64,000 nucleotides of DNA, taken from an uncultured virus (IMG/VR IMGVR_UViG_3300021197_001002). Its lineage: Duplodnaviria > Heunggongvirae > Uroviricota > Caudoviricetes. Positions 58,718 to 64,000 of this stretch are shown one piece after another (position 1 is the first letter of the stretch; each line of letters begins with the position of its first letter). Under the pieces are notes generated by a model. It did not search any database. It was not told the DNA's origin and saw only the letters and a list, made by a program, of their open reading frames with translations. The stretch lies in IMG/VR virus record IMGVR_UViG_3300021197_001002; one strand, 5' to 3'. The translations under genes were made by a program, and so were the position numbers.

Positions 58718-61095
58718 TGACAGGTAATCCGTTATCAGGACATACAAAAAAGAATATGACATTAACGACTCATACGAGTCTAAGCACTCCTACAATAGAA
58801 GATGGTTTATTTGATGGGGAACCAATCATCAGTCCCAGTATAACAAATGCATACGAAGGTATACATGGAAATGGAATTATCCTTGAAGAAGATACTGCTA
58901 AGGGGGATGGGGATAGAAACAATCCAATTAACTTGGCAGGTCGAGTAAATGGTGTTGCATCGAGTTCTCATTATAGGGTAAACGTGTTAGGTGGTTACGC
59001 TGTAATAGACGGTGTAATGTTTGCCTTCGCAGGTTCAAATACAGACATAGACCTTATTTCTTCAAGCGCACATAAGGCTGGTTCTCCTTCTGCACTAACT
59101 TCGGGTCAAGAAGCATTAGTAGTAATATATGTTAATTCTGATAATGATAATAATTCGATAGGGTGGGAAATGGGTTCTCCTGTTACTGCTGGTACATCAT
59201 ACCCACTTGCACCATCTTCATTTCTTAATTACCCTCTATCCTCATTGGCGGTAAAACAATCTATTGTACTCGCTACATTGCGTTGTGTTTACGAATCAGG
59301 TTCAGGTGATTTAAACATTAAAGTAACTGAAATAAATGATAAGAGAGTATTCATCAGACCTTCTCCTATTTATCTATCACCAGTAACATCGGGCGCAGTA
59401 GCGGCCACAGATGCTATCGAATCCCATACAGCCTTAGATAGTCTACATGGTGCTGATGAAACAGGTGCTATGTCTGCAAGTCGCTTTGGTGCTATATGGG
59501 AATCTTATGGGACTCAACTATCAAGCACTACTGCGCCTGATAACGATAAGAGTGTTTTGTATTATAGTGGAACACATGCGGCTCGATTCACACGTTCAAT
59601 CTTTGACCGTGTATTGACAAGCACAGCAACAAGTATAACACTCAAATCAACTGATGCTAATATTCTACTTCTAACTCCCGGTGGGAGTGCCACACTTACC
59701 ACATCTGGTTCTTTCCCTGCTGGTTATATCATTGAAGTGCGAAATCTACATGCAAGTAACGCTGTAGTATTCGCTCGTGCTTCAAACTATTCAGTAGCAG
59801 GGGGTACTCTCACAAGATTCGTTTGTACTACAAGCCACGCCACTACACCCGTATTCAGCGTCTTATCAGACGACTCAATAGAAACTGTACAAATAGCAGA
59901 CAATGCGGTTACAACGGCTAAGATATTAAATTCAAATGTTACCCTTGCCAAAATAGCAAACATTGCCGATGATAGAATCTTAGGAAATGTAAGCGGAGGT
60001 GCGGCGACTCCTGCTGAATTAACCAAAGCGAATGTATTGACTTTGCTCAATGTTGAAGATGGTGCTGATGCTACAGATACAGCCAATGTAACTGCGGCAG
60101 GGGCTTTGATGGACTCGGAATTAACTGACTTAGCAGGTGTAAAAGGTGTAACAATATCTACATTGCAAGTTAAACCATCGGAAGGTGCGTTTGCTAACGG
60201 AGACAAAACAAAATTGGATGGAATCGAAGCAAGTGCTGATGTTACAGACGCAACCAATGTTAACGCCGCAGGTGCAATAATGCACAGTGATTTGGGAACC
60301 AAAGGACAGATAGTAGTAGGAGATGGTTCGGGTGATGCAACCATTCTTAGCGTCGGCACTAACAACCACGTTCTAACAGCAGATAGTTCAGAAGCATCAG
60401 GTGTTAAATGGGCGGCAACAGCGGCGGCGGGTATAACAGCATTAACTGGTAATGTAACTGCAAGCGGTTCAGGTTCAGTAGCGGCTACTATTGCTGATGA
60501 AGCCGTAACATACGCTAAGATGCAACACGTTTCTGCTACAAGTAGAGTATTAGGAAGAATCACAAGTGGTGCGGGTGATGTTGAAGAACTCACAGGTGCT
60601 AACATCAGAACGATAGCCAACGTCGCAGATGGGGCAGATGCCGCACTTCCTGTAGCAAATGGTAATACTGCGGCAATAGCGGCTATTAACGCTAAAGCAT
60701 CGAAGTTTTCTGCTTATCTTTCAGGGAATCAAAGTTACAGTTCGGGGGCGACAAAGATAGAACATGATACAGTTTTGTGGAATGTTGGTTCTGACTTTAG
60801 CACAAGCAACAATGAATATACTGCACCAAGAGATGGGTACTATCTTGTAGCATGTAGTTATTATGCTTCTGCTACACCAACATGGGCGATGTCTGTTATT
60901 CAGGTTGATACAGGTTCAGGGTATGCTATTCGACTTCGTAGAGCAAGTTCTAACGGTCAAGATAATATGATTTCAGCAGTAATCAAATTAGATGCGGGTG
61001 ATAAGGTTGCTCACTATGCCCATGCTTCGGGAGGCACAACTATACAAGCGGCTCTCAATACTCTCACTTACTTTCAAATTACGGAGATGCTATGA
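58717..61095 (+). CDS. Tail fibre with C-terminal C1q-like domain
   Basis: Fibre repeats IADNAVTTAKI, DKTKLDGIEASADVT, TKGQIVVG..LSVGTNNHVLTADS; C1q-like FSAY...YTAPRDGYY...LDAGDKV. Confidence 0.8.
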   Translation: MTGNPLSGHTKKNMTLTTHTSLSTPTIEDGLFDGEPIISPSITNAYEGIHGNGIILEEDTAKGDGDRNNPINLAGRVNGVASSSHYRVNVLGGYAVIDGVMFAFAGSNTDIDLISSSAHKAGSPSALTSGQEALVVIYVNSDNDNNSIGWEMGSPVTAGTSYPLAPSSFLNYPLSSLAVKQSIVLATLRCVYESGSGDLNIKVTEINDKRVFIRPSPIYLSPVTSGAVAATDAIESHTALDSLHGADETGAMSASRFGAIWESYGTQLSSTTAPDNDKSVLYYSGTHAARFTRSIFDRVLTSTATSITLKSTDANILLLTPGGSATLTTSGSFPAGYIIEVRNLHASNAVVFARASNYSVAGGTLTRFVCTTSHATTPVFSVLSDDSIETVQIADNAVTTAKILNSNVTLAKIANIADDRILGNVSGGAATPAELTKANVLTLLNVEDGADATDTANVTAAGALMDSELTDLAGVKGVTISTLQVKPSEGAFANGDKTKLDGIEASADVTDATNVNAAGAIMHSDLGTKGQIVVGDGSGDATILSVGTNNHVLTADSSEASGVKWAATAAAGITALTGNVTASGSGSVAATIADEAVTYAKMQHVSATSRVLGRITSGAGDVEELTGANIRTIANVADGADAALPVANGNTAAIAAINAKASKFSAYLSGNQSYSSGATKIEHDTVLWNVGSDFSTSNNEYTAPRDGYYLVACSYYASATPTWAMSVIQVDTGSGYAIRLRRASSNGQDNMISAVIKLDAGDKVAHYAHASGGTTIQAALNTLTYFQITEML

Positions 61096-61256
61096 TGACA
61101 CCACAAGAGATGACAACGGGAATGCACAACGCAGGTTTTACTCAATTCGAGTATGCTGAACATGGCCTGTATTTTATTGACGGTACTATCAATCTTAACG
61201 AGTGGCCGAGCAGTTGGGGTACACCGCCTACACAAGCCGTCATAAACAGTTGGTAA
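61092..61256 (+). CDS. Small protein, 54 aa, possible fibre chaperone (XkdW-like); not in ORF track
   Basis: ATGA overlap with the fibre stop; ...INLNEWPSSWGTPPTQAVINSW. Confidence 0.55.
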   Translation: MMTPQEMTTGMHNAGFTQFEYAEHGLYFIDGTINLNEWPSSWGTPPTQAVINSW

Positions 61257-61257
61257 T

Positions 61258-61332
61258 ATGACAATTCTTATTCTTTCCTTAATAGCGTTCATAGCAGGTT
61301 TTGTTGCTACATGGCTTGCTACTGTTGACTAA
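61258..61332 (+). CDS. 24-aa single-TM peptide MTILILSLIAFIAGFVATWLATVD; not in ORF track
   Basis: ATG 1 nt after the previous stop; almost entirely hydrophobic. Confidence 0.4.
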   Translation: MTILILSLIAFIAGFVATWLATVD

Positions 61333-61489
61333 AGGATGAATCAATCCAAAACGCACCGCACTCTTTACATTGAAAGAGATGAATACGCTTATTTTCACCA
61401 TCAAGGTATCTCGCTGTTAAGCGATGCGGAATATGCCAATGCGTACACTTACGACATTTGACCTTTAATCGGTCAATCAATCGTCCCAT
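61319..61489 (-). CDS. Zn-ribbon protein, 56 aa; not in ORF track
   Basis: MGRLIDRLKVKCRKC...LFQCKECGAFWIDSSFSQQ; ATG abuts the thermosome stop. Confidence 0.7.
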   Translation of the reverse strand: MGRLIDRLKVKCRKCTHWHIPHRLTARYLDGENKRIHLFQCKECGAFWIDSSFSQQ

Positions 61490-63022
61490 CTATTCCATGC
61501 CTCGACGTGCTATGATGTCATCAATGCGTAGGATGGCGTTCGTAACTTCCGCCGCACTCAATACTGCTTGTCTTACAAGTTCTACAGGCTCGATAACACC
61601 GAGCGCAAGAACGTCGCATACACCACCGTTCTCAACATCAGGACCAACAGAAGTCTTACCTTCCATCAGTTGGTGTCTCATTTCAAGAATCGTATCGAGT
61701 GGGTCTTGACCAGCATTCTCAGCGATAGTCGCAGGAATACTCTCTAAAGCATCTGCAAAGGCTTCGATAGCCATCTGCGCTCGACCACCTACTTGAGCCG
61801 CATGGTTGCGTAGATAGACAGCCATACGAGCGTATGCGTTACCCGCACCAACAACAATCCTGTCATTTGCCATGACCAATGATACAACACCAAGTGCGTC
61901 ATCAAACCCACGCTCAACTTCTTCAAGTGTATGGGAGGTCGCACCACGTAGTACAAGTGTCGCTTCCTTACTTTCACCAGTATTATTAGAAACAAACAGA
62001 TGCCATACATCGTTATGCTTCTCTCTTGTAATATTTGTTGAAGTGTATGATGAGATGTCATCAACGGTTTGGAAGATAACGCTATCAGTAGCACGTTTTA
62101 GCGCACGTATAACCGATTCAGGAGTACGACGTACAGCCATGATTCCATGCTTCTTGAGGAAGGCACATACGTGGTCATTTACGCTATCACGTACAAAGAC
62201 TATACCATGCTTATTATCGAATGCTTCCACGATACGCTTTGCATTTGAAATCAAATCAGCCTTACCTGCGGATTTGTATGATGAATATGATGAAGCATCA
62301 ATCTGAACCTGTACATTCTCTTCATTCTTTTCAACATCGAGTCCTGTATTAATGAGCATGAAATGACGATAGGATTCCTTTTCATCCTCTACTTCAAGCA
62401 CGAAGTCCTTGTTGACAATCACACCACCAAAGAGGTATGAGTCATCAAGTGAGCCACCCGGAAACGATACTACACGAACTGATTCAGCACTTCCTGCTTG
62501 TTCAACAGCAGACACACATAGTTCTGATACCTTGTCGAGAGCGTTTTCAAGAGTCTTACCAGTAATCGCAGTACGTGCAATCTTAAGGTATTCTTCTCTT
62601 CCTTCGGCTAACATAGCAACCTCATTACTTAGGTATGTAGTTGCCATGAGAGATGCCTCATGATACCCACGACAGATGACGTTGGGGTGTAGACCACGAG
62701 CGAAGAGAGATTCTGTGTTACCGAGTAACGCACCTGCTAATACGACAGTACTTGTTGTACCATCGTAGCATAGGTTCTCTTGTGTCTTTGCTACTTCTGC
62801 AATCATCTTACCACCGGGATGTGATACGTCTACTTCACGTAGAATGGTTGCGCCATCGTTTGTTACGATGACATTCCCATGCCCGTCTACGAGCATCTTA
62901 TCCATACCCATTGGTCCTAACGTGGACTTCACGGTATCGGCAATTGTACGTGCCGCACGTATGTTCATCTGTTGTGCATTTGTTCTTCCTAAGTCCTGTT
63001 CTTTACTCATGTTGTTCACCAT
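61490..63022 (-). CDS. ths: Thermosome (group II chaperonin)
   Basis: STLGPMGMDKMLVD, VTNDGATILRE, DGTTS, TLVLRG, EEVERGFDDAL, ILRIDDII; start may be Met at 63010. Confidence 0.97.
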   Translation of the reverse strand: MVNNMSKEQDLGRTNAQQMNIRAARTIADTVKSTLGPMGMDKMLVDGHGNVIVTNDGATILREVDVSHPGGKMIAEVAKTQENLCYDGTTSTVVLAGALLGNTESLFARGLHPNVICRGYHEASLMATTYLSNEVAMLAEGREEYLKIARTAITGKTLENALDKVSELCVSAVEQAGSAESVRVVSFPGGSLDDSYLFGGVIVNKDFVLEVEDEKESYRHFMLINTGLDVEKNEENVQVQIDASSYSSYKSAGKADLISNAKRIVEAFDNKHGIVFVRDSVNDHVCAFLKKHGIMAVRRTPESVIRALKRATDSVIFQTVDDISSYTSTNITREKHNDVWHLFVSNNTGESKEATLVLRGATSHTLEEVERGFDDALGVVSLVMANDRIVVGAGNAYARMAVYLRNHAAQVGGRAQMAIEAFADALESIPATIAENAGQDPLDTILEMRHQLMEGKTSVGPDVENGGVCDVLALGVIEPVELVRQAVLSAAEVTNAILRIDDIIARRGME

Positions 63023-63627
63023 TTTACTTCTATGTCTACTAATTCTCCCGTGTCTACTGCACGAGAACGAACGTAGCCTTCGCTCTTACCAAATTGGTAT
63101 AAGTCATATGTAAGTTGAGCATCGCTTAAGCAATACTTAGCCACCTCATCATATTTCCCTTGCCTCCATGCTTTAGGCGCATCCTCGCTGTTCATAAGTT
63201 TGTTGTCGCTTAAGGTATGTTTAACCAGTTCTTTGAGGCTGGTCATGACTTTCTGTTGTGTCATAGCCGCTTTATTGACGAGGTTCTTTGTATCAATGAC
63301 GCTTTCTGTTTTCAGCATATCACCTGCTGTCCAACAGTCCAATGCATCCCGTAATACAGGGAGGTCGAATGCTTTGATGTTATGACCGATAATGATACCG
63401 CCCTTCTTGACGTGTGCATCTAAGTCATCACCTAATGTACGAGGGTGTAGTGCCTTTACCGTAGCATCAACAGACAATGATTTGTTACAGTAGATGTTTC
63501 CATCCTCTCCGTTCCATGTAGCCACTACTGTAGGCTCGAAGGATGCGGTCTTATCCCATCCCCCTATTTCCCAAGAGTAGTTACCCGTTTCAATATCTAA
63601 TGCCATTATGTCACTCATTCTTTTCAC
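63016..63627 (-). CDS. RNase H-fold 3'-5' exonuclease (DEDD/PolA-exo-like)
   Basis: ALDIET, IGHNIKAFDLPVL, IDT, YCLSDA motifs. Confidence 0.88.
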   Translation of the reverse strand: MKRMSDIMALDIETGNYSWEIGGWDKTASFEPTVVATWNGEDGNIYCNKSLSVDATVKALHPRTLGDDLDAHVKKGGIIIGHNIKAFDLPVLRDALDCWTAGDMLKTESVIDTKNLVNKAAMTQQKVMTSLKELVKHTLSDNKLMNSEDAPKAWRQGKYDEVAKYCLSDAQLTYDLYQFGKSEGYVRSRAVDTGELVDIEVKW

Positions 63628-64000
63628 CTTTTCTTCTGTAGTACATTCTTCCTGAACTCTTCTTTCGATTGAATAATTTCGCCGAGTAATCCTTGAAGTG
63701 CCGTTGCGCTGTGCTCTTGCTTACACCTGTGTTAGACATATACATATTCCATATACTCATCTGTAATCTCCAACCATCACCCTCATCATCAATCTCGTAT
63801 GGGGCGCATGCCTTGTATGCTTTGAGCATGTCATCATGAATCTTACCTTCCTTAGCCTTACTTCCATTGATTTCAACGGAGTCCTCAAGCCAAGCAATGA
63901 GGTTTTGGAATAGGTCAATGAGAATCTCGTGAGCCATATCTACGTGTTCAGCAGTAATCATCCACTTCTCATCAAGGATAGCCATGTGAGTAGCGAAGAT
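63611..64000 (-). CDS. C-terminal part of a probable AAA+/MCM-like helicase (start lies beyond the window)
   Basis: Frame open to the window edge; A.L....ITAEHVDMA lid-like helix followed by a wHTH-like end; no Walker motifs visible. Confidence 0.45.
   Translation of the reverse strand: MFATHMAILDEKWMITAEHVDMAHEILIDLFQNLIAWLEDSVEINGSKAKEGKIHDDMLKAYKACAPYEIDDEGDGWRLQMSIWNMYMSNTGVSKSTAQRHFKDYSAKLFNRKKSSGRMYYRRKGEKNE

Noticed and set aside
39508..60620. Many minus-strand ORFs in the track (e.g. 43468-43977, 59787-60620)
   Set aside because: They are antisense shadows of long + strand genes with biased codon usage, with no RBS or motifs.
1..64000. tRNA, rRNA, integrase/att sites, IS elements, tail sheath
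   Set aside because: None recognised by eye and intergenic space is minimal; tRNAscan-SE and HMM searches would be needed to exclude them formally.

Overview
The whole window reads as the virion-morphogenesis region of a large tailed archaeal virus (Caudoviricetes). It is most consistent with a marine Poseidoniales (Marine Group II)-infecting 'magrovirus'-type genome; this is inferred from the group II chaperonin, GGTGA/GGAGG ribosome-binding sites, TATA-like promoters and gene order. The + strand (1-61332) carries accessory genes, a membrane-protein/small-GTPase cluster, a candidate small terminase, the large terminase, a LAGLIDADG-domain protein, portal, a 1,921-aa protein with a degenerate DNA-ligase domain, HK97-type prohead protease/scaffold, major capsid protein, head-tail genes, tail tube, a -1 frameshifted tail chaperone pair, a short tape measure, a 5,898-aa tail protein and a C1q-tipped fibre. 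The - strand (61319-64000) carries a Zn-ribbon protein, a thermosome, an RNase H-fold exonuclease and a truncated helicase-like gene. The most unusual signals are: (1) in-frame cargo cassettes delimited by a repeated DNA/peptide motif (TGEPMD-x-A-W-xx-LLK), whose core recurs at the ends of several other proteins and resembles the capsid protein's putative maturation site, suggesting a modular virion cargo-loading polyprotein system; (2) an Arf/Rab-like small GTPase within a membrane-protein operon; (3) a ~70-80-aa domain inserted five times into two tail proteins. All product calls come from motif recognition by eye; no searches were run.
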